41,162 nucleotides of DNA from Gemmatimonadota bacterium (GTDB taxonomy: Bacteria; Blakebacterota; Blakebacteria; Blakebacterales; Blakebacteraceae), in NCBI GenBank assembly GCA_030631625.1, contig DAOVKT010000001.1, positions 1 to 41,162 of the forward strand, read 5' to 3'. The translations under genes and the position numbers were made by a program. The notes under the pieces were generated by a model that did not search any database, was not told where the DNA came from, and saw nothing but the letters and a program-made list of their open reading frames with translations. Positions 1-8,825 of this stretch are shown in pieces. How positions within the stretch are numbered: the stretch's first letter is position 1; every line of letters begins with the position of its first letter.

Positions 1-1
1 C

Positions 2-493
2 CCCGACAAGGCGATAGTGGAGGTGGAGGACTTCCTGTACGCAACCAGCCAGCTTGCCCAGACCACACTGCGTGCTGTGCTGGGACAAGCGGAACTCGAC
101 GAACTGCTTGCAGAGCGTGACAAGATAAACACCGAAATGCAGCGGATTGTAGATGAGCATACCGACGCGTGGGGGATCAAGGTGAGCCTTGTTGAGGTCA
201 AGCATGTCGACCTTCCGCAGGAGATGCAGCGTGCCATCGCGCGCCAGGCCGAGGCCGAGAGAGAGCGGCGCGCAAAGGTCATCCATGCCGAAGGCGAGTT
301 TCAGGCTTCTGCCAAGCTTTCGCAGGCGGCGGAGATCCTGCAGCAGCAGCCCGCAGCAATCCAGCTCAGGTTCCTGCAGACGCTCACGGAGATCTCGACG
401 GAAAAGAGCAGTACGGTTGTGCTTCCCATTCCGATCGACCTGATAAAGACGATGATGGATCGCGTAACACCGGAGTCGAAGCAGCTCGAGTAG
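2..493 (+). CDS. SPFH/band-7 (stomatin/QmcA-like) protein, C-terminal portion; N-terminus lies upstream of the window
   Basis: Frame is open from base 2 ([11 protein letters not shown]...). [42 protein letters not shown] and [24 protein letters not shown] match the conserved SPFH core and following coiled coil. TAG stop at 491-493. Confidence 0.85.
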   Translation, partial: PDKAIVEVEDFLYATSQLAQTTLRAVLGQAELDELLAERDKINTEMQRIVDEHTDAWGIKVSLVEVKHVDLPQEMQRAIARQAEAERERRAKVIHAEGEFQASAKLSQAAEILQQQPAAIQLRFLQTLTEISTEKSSTVVLPIPIDLIKTMMDRVTPESKQLE

Positions 494-513
494 GCCTGAG
501 CGGGAAACGGAAG

Positions 514-1761
514 TTGATAAAAAACAGGAAAGAACTCTTCGACAGGGTGGCCACCCGGATCGACGCCTCAGAGGAGGAGATGATCCAACTACAGCGGGAC
601 CTGTGCGCCCGGCCGGCTGTAGGACCGGATAGCGGAGGAACGGGGGAAGCGGCGAAGGCATCGTTCCTGATGGAGCGATTGCGCGAGTGGGGTTTTCCCG
701 AACCGGAGTTGTACCCGGCGCCCTGCCCTGATGTAACAGGGGGACAGCGGCCCAACTTCGTAGTGAGGCTGAAGGGTGCCTCCGACGATTACACCGCATG
801 GGTATTGACCCACCTCGATGTGGTCCCGCCCGGCGAGGAGAGCATGTGGAGCGGGGATCCGTGGACGCTGCGGGTGGAGGATGGAAAGCTGATCGGCAGG
901 GGCACCGAAGACAACCAGCAGGGGATAGTCAGCGCAGTCTTTGCCCTCCGGGCACTGCTGGAGGAAGGGATCACACCACCCCACGATGTGGCGCTTGCCT
1001 TTGTCTCCGACGAGGAGACCGGAAGCCGGTTCGGCGCCGGCTACCTGATGGAGAACCACAGGGACCTGTTCGGTCCCGGCGACAGACTGCTGATCCCGGA
1101 CGCCGGTAACGAGGACGGAACCATGATCGAGGTGGCCGAGAAATCGATCGCCTGGTTCCAGTTCACAGTCAGGGGCAAGCAGACCCACGCCTCGACACCG
1201 GATCACGGCATCAACGCACACAAGGCGGGGGCTCACCTGATAGTACTCCTGGAACAGCTCTATGAAGATTTCCCTGAAAGAGACGACCTGTTCGATCCGC
1301 CTGTGAGCACTTTCGAGCCCACGATGAAAAAGGCCAACGTCGAGAACATCAACACCATCCCTGGTGTGGATGTGTTCGCCTTCGACTGCCGGGTGATGGC
1401 CAGCTACGAACTGGAGGAGGTTCGTTCGAAGATCGAGGAATACGCCAGGGACGTGGAGCAGGTCTTTGGAGTAACGGTGACGATCGAAACCCCCACGTGG
1501 CAGCCCGCCGCCCCGCCAACCGCTAAGGACGCCCCCATCGTGGGAGAGCTGCAGAAAGGTATCCGGGAGGTGTACGGGGTGGAGGCGAAACCGATGGGTA
1601 TCGGCGGGGGAACGGTCGCGGCATTTTTCCGCAAAGCTGGTCTGCCAGCGGCGGTCTGGTCGCGAATGGACGATCTTGCACACCAGCCTGACGAGTACAG
1701 CCTGATATCGAATATGGTCGGCGACGCCAAGGTAATGGCGCACCTGTTCCTGGAAGCATGA
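514..1761 (+). CDS. M20-family metallopeptidase/deacylase (ArgE/DapE-like)
   Basis: 415-aa ORF with M20 metal-ligand motifs LTHLDVVPPG, GRGTEDNQQG and SDEETGS plus a central dimerisation insert. Starts 20 nt after the SPFH stop (TTG at 514). Confidence 0.8.
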   Translation: MIKNRKELFDRVATRIDASEEEMIQLQRDLCARPAVGPDSGGTGEAAKASFLMERLREWGFPEPELYPAPCPDVTGGQRPNFVVRLKGASDDYTAWVLTHLDVVPPGEESMWSGDPWTLRVEDGKLIGRGTEDNQQGIVSAVFALRALLEEGITPPHDVALAFVSDEETGSRFGAGYLMENHRDLFGPGDRLLIPDAGNEDGTMIEVAEKSIAWFQFTVRGKQTHASTPDHGINAHKAGAHLIVLLEQLYEDFPERDDLFDPPVSTFEPTMKKANVENINTIPGVDVFAFDCRVMASYELEEVRSKIEEYARDVEQVFGVTVTIETPTWQPAAPPTAKDAPIVGELQKGIREVYGVEAKPMGIGGGTVAAFFRKAGLPAAVWSRMDDLAHQPDEYSLISNMVGDAKVMAHLFLEA

Positions 1762-1762
1762 C

Positions 1763-2866
1763 CTAGGGAATCACCGTCGGATGGAGCACGCTGATCGCGT
1801 GGCCTTCGGTGCGCGCTTCAGACAACGGTACGGGCAGCATATGCTGGAAAAGCCTCTGTGAGATCCGCAGCCATGAAAAGATCGCAACCCCCAGGACCGG
1901 ATGCGGAGGGGTCCCGTAGTTGCTCGCAACCAGAGCGTCGAAATAGATCCAGTCACCAGTGGCCCAGTATGCGCTGATCGGGAAAGTGTGGCGGAAGGAA
2001 GTGACCGTATCACCGGTGTGAACCGCGCCGGTGACTGGGCTACCAACAAGCTCATACCCCATATCAGCCAGCTGCTGCTGGAATGTGTCCGTCTCGCGTA
2101 TGTGGTCGATCTTCCCCACCCTGCCGTCATCGATCTTGTACGAAGTAAAATCCCCCGGCACAAGAACCTCGGTCCCGTCCGGGCTGAAGATGGCGTATGT
2201 CGGTAGCTCGGTAGTAGTGATGGGCAGCGCCTCTGCCTCCGAGCCGTCGGGCCTTACCCTCCAGAGCTGGCCGGTGGGATTCGCGGTACCGGTGATCCTG
2301 GCGTAGATGATCCACTGCCCGTCCGGTGACCACGCCGGCGTCCAGCAACTGACCGATTCGGATGCATCCGATGTTATCGCGGCCGGCTCAGCCGTCAGTG
2401 ATAACTGTACGGCGATGTTGAACCCGGTGGATGTGGAACCGTCCATATACGCCAGTCGGACGGGGGATTGCCTGTCGAAAGCCAGGGCTCTCTGTTCGGC
2501 TCCAAATCCTGCTACACGCTGTGAATCCTTGCTGAACGTATCGAGCAGCTCCAGCTGTGTCCTTCCGAAACCGATATACCGCCCCGTGTTACCAGAAATG
2601 GAGGGACCGGTGAAATCGAAATCGGCAGATGCAAAAAGTCGTATTTCGTTGCTCGCCATCACATCCAAAGTGTATAGGCCCAGTTCTGCATCAGGATTGG
2701 CCGAGTCGTGGATAGCGACGAGAATCCTTCCCCTTGCCAGCGCCGTATTATCGAAGTACTTATCCTCACCCACTTCGAACAACCCGCATCCGGCCAGAAG
2801 CATGGAAAATGCTGCAACAATAAGCAGTATGTCAGCTGAGCGGATTCTTAGAAACATCTGGCCCAC
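1763..2866 (-). CDS. Lipoprotein with PD40/TolB-like beta-propeller repeats
   Basis: Signal peptide with lipobox LLAGCG. Repeated W/FSPDG motifs (WSPDGQWIIYARI, FSPDGTEVLV) typical of PD40 repeats. An alternative start at 2857 is possible. Confidence 0.6.
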   Translation of the reverse strand: MGQMFLRIRSADILLIVAAFSMLLAGCGLFEVGEDKYFDNTALARGRILVAIHDSANPDAELGLYTLDVMASNEIRLFASADFDFTGPSISGNTGRYIGFGRTQLELLDTFSKDSQRVAGFGAEQRALAFDRQSPVRLAYMDGSTSTGFNIAVQLSLTAEPAAITSDASESVSCWTPAWSPDGQWIIYARITGTANPTGQLWRVRPDGSEAEALPITTTELPTYAIFSPDGTEVLVPGDFTSYKIDDGRVGKIDHIRETDTFQQQLADMGYELVGSPVTGAVHTGDTVTSFRHTFPISAYWATGDWIYFDALVASNYGTPPHPVLGVAIFSWLRISQRLFQHMLPVPLSEARTEGHAISVLHPTVIP

Positions 2867-3063
2867 CTTATCGGTCAGGTATTTTCCTTTATTTAGAATA
2901 TACTACTTAATGCCCTTCCGGAAACTCCGGGTGGGCATTGATACGTTCTCGATACGGAAAAGAGCCGTTGGCGGACGAGAACTACTTACGCGTGTGAAGC
3001 AGCGCACATTACGGTATCATAGAAACTATCCCAGCTTGTCAGCCGCGATCGGATAGATCAGTC

Positions 3064-4146
3064 ATGTCGCAAGAGAAGAGAAATCCTGGCGGAACATTGG
3101 AGGACCGCCTGCGCTCCCTTTCTGTTAAGGGCACCCTGTCCGAGACGCTGACCGAAGAACGGGTGCGCTGCTACGCCTGCGCACACCGCTGTCTGATTTT
3201 GCCCGGACACCAGGGCATCTGCAAGGTGCGCTACAATAAGAGTGGAACCCTCTATGTACCCGGGGGATATGTTAGCTCTCTGCAGTGCGATCCAATCGAA
3301 AAGAAACCTTTCTTCCACGCGATGCCCGGCTCACTTGCACTCTCCTTCGGGATGCTGGGGTGTGACTACCACTGCTCATTCTGCCAGAACTGGATCACAA
3401 GCCAGGCCCTTAGAGATGATGCGGCGGGAGCGCCGGTGCGTGAGATCTCGGCCGAGGAGATGATCCGTTTAGCGATTGAGGGCGGCGCGAGCATCGTAAC
3501 CAGCACCTACAACGAGCCACTCATCACGGCGGAATGGTCTGTTGAGGTTTTCGAGAAGGCACACGATGCCGGACTGTACACTTCCTACGTCTCAAACGGA
3601 AACGCTACCCCGGAAGTGCTCGAATACCTCGATCCCCACATCGATTTCTTCAAAGTCGACCTGAAGGCGTTTTCAAAGGAAAACTACCGGCAGGTCGGCG
3701 GCAGACTGGAACCGGTGCTGGATACCATCGAACGGCTGGTTGGGCTCGGTAAATGGGTGGAGGTCGTCACCCTGCTTCTACCAGGCATCAACGACTCTGA
3801 CGAGGAGCTGAAGGAGATAGCGGCTTTCCTGGCAGGGGTCTCGCCCGGAATCCCCTGGCATGTGACCGCATATCATCCCGAGTACAAGATGGCCGAACCC
3901 GGGCCAACACCCGTGTCCACACTGCGCAGGGCCGCCGAGATCGGCAGGGAGGCGGGGCTTCATTTCGTATACGCGGGCAACCTGCCCGGGTTGGTAGGTA
4001 AGGATGAGAACACCAGCTGCCCCGACTGCGGCGAGCTGCTGATCAAGCGCCACGGCTTCCGCATCCTCGCATACAAGCTGAACGGTTCCCTCTGCCCGAC
4101 GTGCGGAAGGGAAATCCCCGGACGGTGGCCCGAGGCCACGGACTAG
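3064..4146 (+). CDS. amrS: AmmeMemoRadiSam-system radical SAM enzyme (pyruvate-formate-lyase-activase-like)
   Basis: N-terminal Cys cluster RCYACAHRC..GICKVR, DPIEKKPFFH, radical-SAM triad CDYHCSFCQNW, C-terminal CPDCG...CPTCG ribbon. Confidence 0.85.
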   Translation: MSQEKRNPGGTLEDRLRSLSVKGTLSETLTEERVRCYACAHRCLILPGHQGICKVRYNKSGTLYVPGGYVSSLQCDPIEKKPFFHAMPGSLALSFGMLGCDYHCSFCQNWITSQALRDDAAGAPVREISAEEMIRLAIEGGASIVTSTYNEPLITAEWSVEVFEKAHDAGLYTSYVSNGNATPEVLEYLDPHIDFFKVDLKAFSKENYRQVGGRLEPVLDTIERLVGLGKWVEVVTLLLPGINDSDEELKEIAAFLAGVSPGIPWHVTAYHPEYKMAEPGPTPVSTLRRAAEIGREAGLHFVYAGNLPGLVGKDENTSCPDCGELLIKRHGFRILAYKLNGSLCPTCGREIPGRWPEATD

Positions 4147-4242
4147 TCCGTTCAAATGTAGATGCTTGCATATCCTCCGTTTCATTGTGAACTTACGACC
4201 GGCGTCATCTGATAACCTGCAACCATTCTCCGGAGCTGATAA

Positions 4243-5697
4243 ATGAGCAGTCCTCTGACCGACCTAGAACCGCGCATAGTCTGGGGCTACTTTGACGAGA
4301 TCCGCAAGATCCCCCGCCCCTCCAAGCATGAAGAGAAGATCCAGGCATGGTTGAAGGAGTGGGCTTCAGAGCACGGTCTTGAAGCCGATGAAGATCAGGT
4401 GGGTAACCTGGTGGTGCGCGTCCCGGCCACACAGGGCCATGAAGAAGCCGAGACGGTGGTCCTGCAGGGCCATGTGGACATGGTCCCGGAGAAGAACCGC
4501 GACGTAGAGCATGACTTCTTAGTCGACCCTATCGAGGTGGTCAGGGATGGAGACTGGGTCCTGGCACAGGGCACCACGCTCGGCTCGGACAACGGCGTTG
4601 GGGTTTCGCTGGCCCTGGCGGCGGCTACCGATCCCGATTGCGTCCACCCGCCCCTGGAACTCCTCTTCACCGTCGACGAGGAGACCGGTCTGACCGGTGC
4701 CACCGAGCTGGATGACAGTCTCCTGAACGGGCGGCGGCTCCTCAACCTGGATACCGAGGAAGATGGTGCCTTCTATATCGGATGTGCGGGCGGCAACGAC
4801 CTGCACATCACTTTCAATATCGAGCGGCAGTCATCGAAACTCCCCGAGCAGATCCAACTTCTTGTTCGCGGCCTGCGCGGCGGTCACTCAGGTGTGGACA
4901 TCCACGAGAACCGCGCTAACGCAGTAAAGCTGCTCTTCCGTCTGCTCAAGGCCGCCAAAGAGGCGGGCATCGAATTCGAGATAGCCTCCGTTGAGGGCGG
5001 CTCCAAGCACAACGCCATCCCGAGGGAGGCGTTCGCGGACCTGAGGGCGGCCGAGGGCTCTCTAGAGAAGCTGAAAGAAGTAGCGGCAGCGCAGAAGGAA
5101 GAGTTCGACGGGGAGTTCGGCATCATCGACCCAGACCTCGTCATCGAAGTCAACGAGGCGGAGGTAGGCGACCAGGTATTTACAGCCGATCTCACCGGCA
5201 GATTGGTAAGTGCCCTGCTCGCGGCCCCGCACGGCGTGCTGGCGATGAGCCGGGAAGTAGCGGGACTTGTGGAAACCAGCAACAACGTCGCGGTAATCAA
5301 GATGGAAGAGGAAGTAATCGATATAACGACCAGCACGCGTTCCAGCGTAATGCCCGCACTGCGGGCCACGATCGATCAGATCCGTGCGGGATTCGAACTG
5401 GCAGGCGCCAACGTGGAGGACCCGGGAGGCTATCCCGGCTGGACCCCGGACCCGGATTCACCGCTGCTGAATACGGGAAAGAGAGTCTTCCAGGAGACTT
5501 TCGGCCGCGAGCCGGAGGTAAAGGCGATACACGCGGGGCTGGAGTGCGGGATCATCGGGGAGAAGTTCCCTGGGATGGACATGCTGAGCTTCGGGCCGGA
5601 GATCAGCAGTCCGCATGCACCGGGCGAGAAGGTGCAGATATCTTCAGTGGAAAAAACCTGGAAACTGCTCAAGGCATTCCTGTTGGAGCTTGCCTGA
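4243..5697 (+). CDS. pepD: Aminoacyl-histidine (Xaa-His) dipeptidase, M20C family
   Basis: 484 aa. LEPRIVWGYFDEIRKIPRPSKHEEKI, LQGHVDMVPEKN, GTTLGSDNGVG and FTVDEETGLTGA match the PepD family end to end. Confidence 0.9.
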   Translation: MSSPLTDLEPRIVWGYFDEIRKIPRPSKHEEKIQAWLKEWASEHGLEADEDQVGNLVVRVPATQGHEEAETVVLQGHVDMVPEKNRDVEHDFLVDPIEVVRDGDWVLAQGTTLGSDNGVGVSLALAAATDPDCVHPPLELLFTVDEETGLTGATELDDSLLNGRRLLNLDTEEDGAFYIGCAGGNDLHITFNIERQSSKLPEQIQLLVRGLRGGHSGVDIHENRANAVKLLFRLLKAAKEAGIEFEIASVEGGSKHNAIPREAFADLRAAEGSLEKLKEVAAAQKEEFDGEFGIIDPDLVIEVNEAEVGDQVFTADLTGRLVSALLAAPHGVLAMSREVAGLVETSNNVAVIKMEEEVIDITTSTRSSVMPALRATIDQIRAGFELAGANVEDPGGYPGWTPDPDSPLLNTGKRVFQETFGREPEVKAIHAGLECGIIGEKFPGMDMLSFGPEISSPHAPGEKVQISSVEKTWKLLKAFLLELA

Positions 5698-5706
5698 CGG
5701 CGGGAA

Positions 5707-6684
5707 TCAGTCGCTCTGATCGCCCCGGTTCCGGAAAAGGTCGAGGAAACGGTCCTCGTAAAGCTCGTATAGACCCCAGCGATCCAGTTCTTCCTTGAGC
5801 TGGGGAGCCTCATCCCTATCTCTGGCAACTTCCTGGAACAGCTGCTCTATACGCCTCATCACGTAGTGCGGGACCTCTTCCTTATCCACCGACTCGACCA
5901 ATTCTTCGTCGGCCTCCCCCTCTTGCTCCCTTTCAGTGAACGCAGCGCGCATACGTTCCTCGATCTGCGTCATTACATCGTCCATCTGATTCACCGGGTC
6001 ATCGAAACCGGATGTGTCCACGCTTATGCCGAGAAGAGTGTTTAACGTCTCCACAAGTGCGCGGGAACCGCGGGGATTCGGCAGGCTGATTGCATACTGA
6101 GGAATGGTGGCGAGCAGGCACGCCGATTCTATCCCCCTGTTGCCTGCGACTCCGAGAAGAAGACCATTGAGCCCGCTGACGATCCCCTGGGCCAGGATCT
6201 CGGCGCCGTGTGGCGTCAACGAATCCCGCAGTTTCTCGTCAGTAGCCACCCCCAGTATCCTCGTCTCTTCCGAATAGCTGGTCGGCACTGCGAAGGCAGC
6301 ACACGTAAATATCCGTTCGACTCTGTAGCTCTCGGCAACGTCGACGATCAGGTTAGTCAGCTGGAGTGCGGCGGGGCCCAAGACCTGGGCTTCGCTGAGG
6401 AAGAAGATCAGGTCGGGGGAGTATGAAACCGAAAAGTTGTTGATCGGCACCTCGGGGAGCTTTGCTATCCCCTCCTCCACTACTATCGCCTCAGGCGTGA
6501 AGTGCTGGCTCATATCGATCTCACCGAACACTTCCGTTCCGAGTTCGCGGCGCATGTAGTCGACGGCACCCACACCGACATTACCCATACCGGGCCAGCC
6601 TGCCAGCAGAATGGGACTGTTCACGCTAATATCGTGGTGGAGGTGTACCTTCATCCCCGCTTGCGATTCCAGTTTAATATCCAC
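5707..6684 (-). CDS. PAC2-family (proteasome-assembly-chaperone-like) protein with acidic C-terminal extension
   Basis: ILLAGWPGMGNVGVGAVDYM signature near the N-terminus. GTG start at 6684 preceded by GGAG; an alternative ATG lies at 6654. The last ~95 aa are highly acidic and helical-looking. Confidence 0.65.
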   Translation of the reverse strand: MDIKLESQAGMKVHLHHDISVNSPILLAGWPGMGNVGVGAVDYMRRELGTEVFGEIDMSQHFTPEAIVVEEGIAKLPEVPINNFSVSYSPDLIFFLSEAQVLGPAALQLTNLIVDVAESYRVERIFTCAAFAVPTSYSEETRILGVATDEKLRDSLTPHGAEILAQGIVSGLNGLLLGVAGNRGIESACLLATIPQYAISLPNPRGSRALVETLNTLLGISVDTSGFDDPVNQMDDVMTQIEERMRAAFTEREQEGEADEELVESVDKEEVPHYVMRRIEQLFQEVARDRDEAPQLKEELDRWGLYELYEDRFLDLFRNRGDQSD

Positions 6685-6853
6685 TCCAACTCCATGTCAG
6701 TATGCCGCACAAACAGAATGATACCTGTCCACTACCTGCCACTAGTATTCACTGCCGGGACTACCTCCCGCAAGTAATCACGGAATTTTTTCTGATATCT
6801 TCCTTATCTTCAAGCAACAAGACCGCCTGTCAGGAAGAAAGAGGGGCTGATTT

Positions 6854-7807
6854 CTATATCACAAGCGCTTCGTATACTGCCTTTGATATCTGGATATCCT
6901 GGATTGCCACTCCGGTCAGATCGGCTACAGTGATCTGCTCCTCGGAAGATCGCTGCAGCTCTCTGTCTACGATCACATTCCCCAGTTCGATCATATCTTC
7001 TTTCTTGAACAGACCCGCCTCCATTGCCTTGAAACACTCACCTCTGGAAAGACACTGTTCGACACTGTCGGCGACCACGATATCGGCCTTCTGGAGAATC
7101 CCAGGATCAAGTTCATTCTTCTCGGGGGTATCGGCGCCCATGGCCGTTATATGTGTCCCTTCCCGGATCTGATCGGCCTGTATAAGCGGAGACTTCGAGG
7201 GTGTCGCTGTAACGATAAGATTGCAGTTCTGACCTATCTCCCCCGCATCCAGTGTGGTTTTAATCTTATATCCCTTCGGCTCCATGTCAGCCCTGTAGGT
7301 ATCCAGCTCCTCCTGGTTTATCCCCCAGACCAGGACGTCATTACAGCTGGTTACCGACCTCAGATACTCGAGCTGCATGCGGCCCTGAACACCTGCCCCG
7401 ACAATCCCTATCCTGCGAACATTCTCAGGGGCAAGGTACTTGGCGACGACCGCACCAGCCGCGGCTGTCCTTACGTTGGTTAGATGCCCCTCATCCAGCA
7501 GGATGGTTGCCAGCTCACCCGTTTTCTGACTGAACACCAACATGAGCCCGGAACAGTTGGGCAGGCCCAGCTTGTAGTTATCGTAGAAACCCGAAGCAAT
7601 CTTCACGACATAGTATTCATCGCCTTTGATACAACCATATTTGATATGCATATCACCCGGTGGATCCTCGAAAATGAGCTCTCCCACTGGCGGCACCACA
7701 ACCTTGCCCCGGGAGTACTCAACGAACCCATCTTCGATCGCCTGGACAGGGTCGAGATCTGCCAGTACTCCCTTTATCTGGCTCAAATTGAAAATCTTTG
7801 GCTCCAT
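6854..7807 (-). CDS. Ornithine cyclodeaminase / mu-crystallin family NAD(P)-dependent enzyme
   Basis: 317 aa. Rossmann motif IGIVGAGVQGRMQLEYL, TNVRTAAAGAV and ITAMGADTPEKNELD are typical of the OCD/mu-crystallin family. Confidence 0.8.
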   Translation of the reverse strand: MEPKIFNLSQIKGVLADLDPVQAIEDGFVEYSRGKVVVPPVGELIFEDPPGDMHIKYGCIKGDEYYVVKIASGFYDNYKLGLPNCSGLMLVFSQKTGELATILLDEGHLTNVRTAAAGAVVAKYLAPENVRRIGIVGAGVQGRMQLEYLRSVTSCNDVLVWGINQEELDTYRADMEPKGYKIKTTLDAGEIGQNCNLIVTATPSKSPLIQADQIREGTHITAMGADTPEKNELDPGILQKADIVVADSVEQCLSRGECFKAMEAGLFKKEDMIELGNVIVDRELQRSSEEQITVADLTGVAIQDIQISKAVYEALVI

Positions 7808-7808
7808 C

Positions 7809-8105
7809 TCACACTTTTCCGGATTGGTAAAGGTCTCCGGTTTTCAACTCCTCCTCAACGGCTTGCTGGGTAGTCATCTCCAATACAATTGTAACATCAT
7901 CCAGAAAATCGACATCCAAGCGGCCTATTAGACCGTCAATTATGTCCCTGTCGCGTGCTTCCAGAAGCTGCCTGAGTGCTGCAGCCATGAGCAGCCTGTC
8001 CCTGAGTTCCGATTCATCAGCTATTCCTACTGCGTTCCGCAGTTCCTCTACTGATGCATATCTGGCTTCAATTCCCTCGCCAACCGGATATTCACGGCAA
8101 TCCAT
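7809..8105 (-). CDS. Hypothetical small acidic protein (98 aa), translationally coupled to the OCD-family gene
   Basis: Its TGA stop at 7809-7811 lies 1 nt from the OCD ATG (7807). I recognise no family. Codon usage looks similar to the neighbours. Confidence 0.45.
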   Translation of the reverse strand: MDCREYPVGEGIEARYASVEELRNAVGIADESELRDRLLMAAALRQLLEARDRDIIDGLIGRLDVDFLDDVTIVLEMTTQQAVEEELKTGDLYQSGKV

Positions 8106-8152
8106 GTTGTAACTCTTTTCCCAAGTTATTCGGTAATTACTGAAACAGATGC

Positions 8153-8581
8153 TCAGTCATAGTCCTTTCTCACGCTCTGGTCAGCAAGCAGTGCCGGGTA
8201 TCGGTTCAGCACTTCCAACGAGGATAGTTCCTGGTGCCCGGTTAGATACTTCTCCGGAATCGGATGGGTGCCGACCACCACGGGTACGTTGAACCGTGTT
8301 TCGATGTAAGACTTGAAATAATCCAGATACGGACAGGGCGGATACCCAACGACCAGACCGGTGGCCAGGTGAATCGCTTCTGCTCCGTTCCCGATCATCT
8401 CCTCAGGCACGTATTCCACGTTGCCGCCTGGACACCCCGCGCAGCTCGTGAATCCGACCAGCTCGAGGGGCTCGTCAGCGGAATATGAGGAAAAGGCGCC
8501 AGCCCGTTCACGCATTGCTCTCATGCACTTACCGCCGCCGCAGGTACGGTAGCGGTCACAGATTATGATACCGACCTTCAT
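8153..8581 (-). CDS. CGGC-domain protein (Cys-rich, putative metal-binding)
   Basis: MKVGIIICDRYRTCGGGKCMRA and FTSCAGCPGGNVEY contain the eponymous CGGC-type cysteine pattern. Confidence 0.75.
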   Translation of the reverse strand: MKVGIIICDRYRTCGGGKCMRAMRERAGAFSSYSADEPLELVGFTSCAGCPGGNVEYVPEEMIGNGAEAIHLATGLVVGYPPCPYLDYFKSYIETRFNVPVVVGTHPIPEKYLTGHQELSSLEVLNRYPALLADQSVRKDYD

Positions 8582-8633
8582 TGCGAACTCCTCTCAAGGC
8601 GGGCGCTTCTATAAGGTAAGGTAACCACAATAA

Positions 8634-8664
8634 GGGCCGCAACCGGCGTAACCGATTACGGCCC
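8634..8664 (-). terminator. 13-bp-stem hairpin (2 mismatches, loop TTACG on the minus strand) 11 nt after tRNA-Asp, followed by a T-rich tract
   Basis: GGGCCGCAACCGG-CGTAA-CCGATTACGGCCC folds by inspection. The minus-strand continuation is CTTATTGTGG. Homologous to the element at 16440-16470. Confidence 0.5.
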
Positions 8665-8675
8665 TTGGAGTTAAC

Positions 8676-8752
<77 letters not shown>

Positions 8753-8825
8753 CGAAGCCTTAATAGAAAACGCCGGATGTCGCCCTACGTCAACGGCAAT
8801 TACCGTACAGTAACAATCAAATCGG

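Noticed and set aside
589-1743. Long antisense ORFs: 589-1743(-), 2307-3056(+), 13451-14455(+), 15276-16178(+), 11168-11851(+), 18353-18973(+), 33060-33653(+)
   Set aside because: Each lies entirely opposite a gene with strong family-level similarity. Their translations are Arg/Pro/Gly-rich with no recognisable motifs. This is typical of spurious open frames in GC-rich DNA.
2909-2939. Interrupted 12-bp hairpin AATGCCC-TT-CCGGA-AAC-TCCGG-GT-GGGCATT in the divergent promoter region between the PD40 lipoprotein and amrS
   Set aside because: The structure is real, but it has no T tract and no second copy. It lies between divergent starts, where a terminator makes no sense, so I cannot assign a function from sequence alone.
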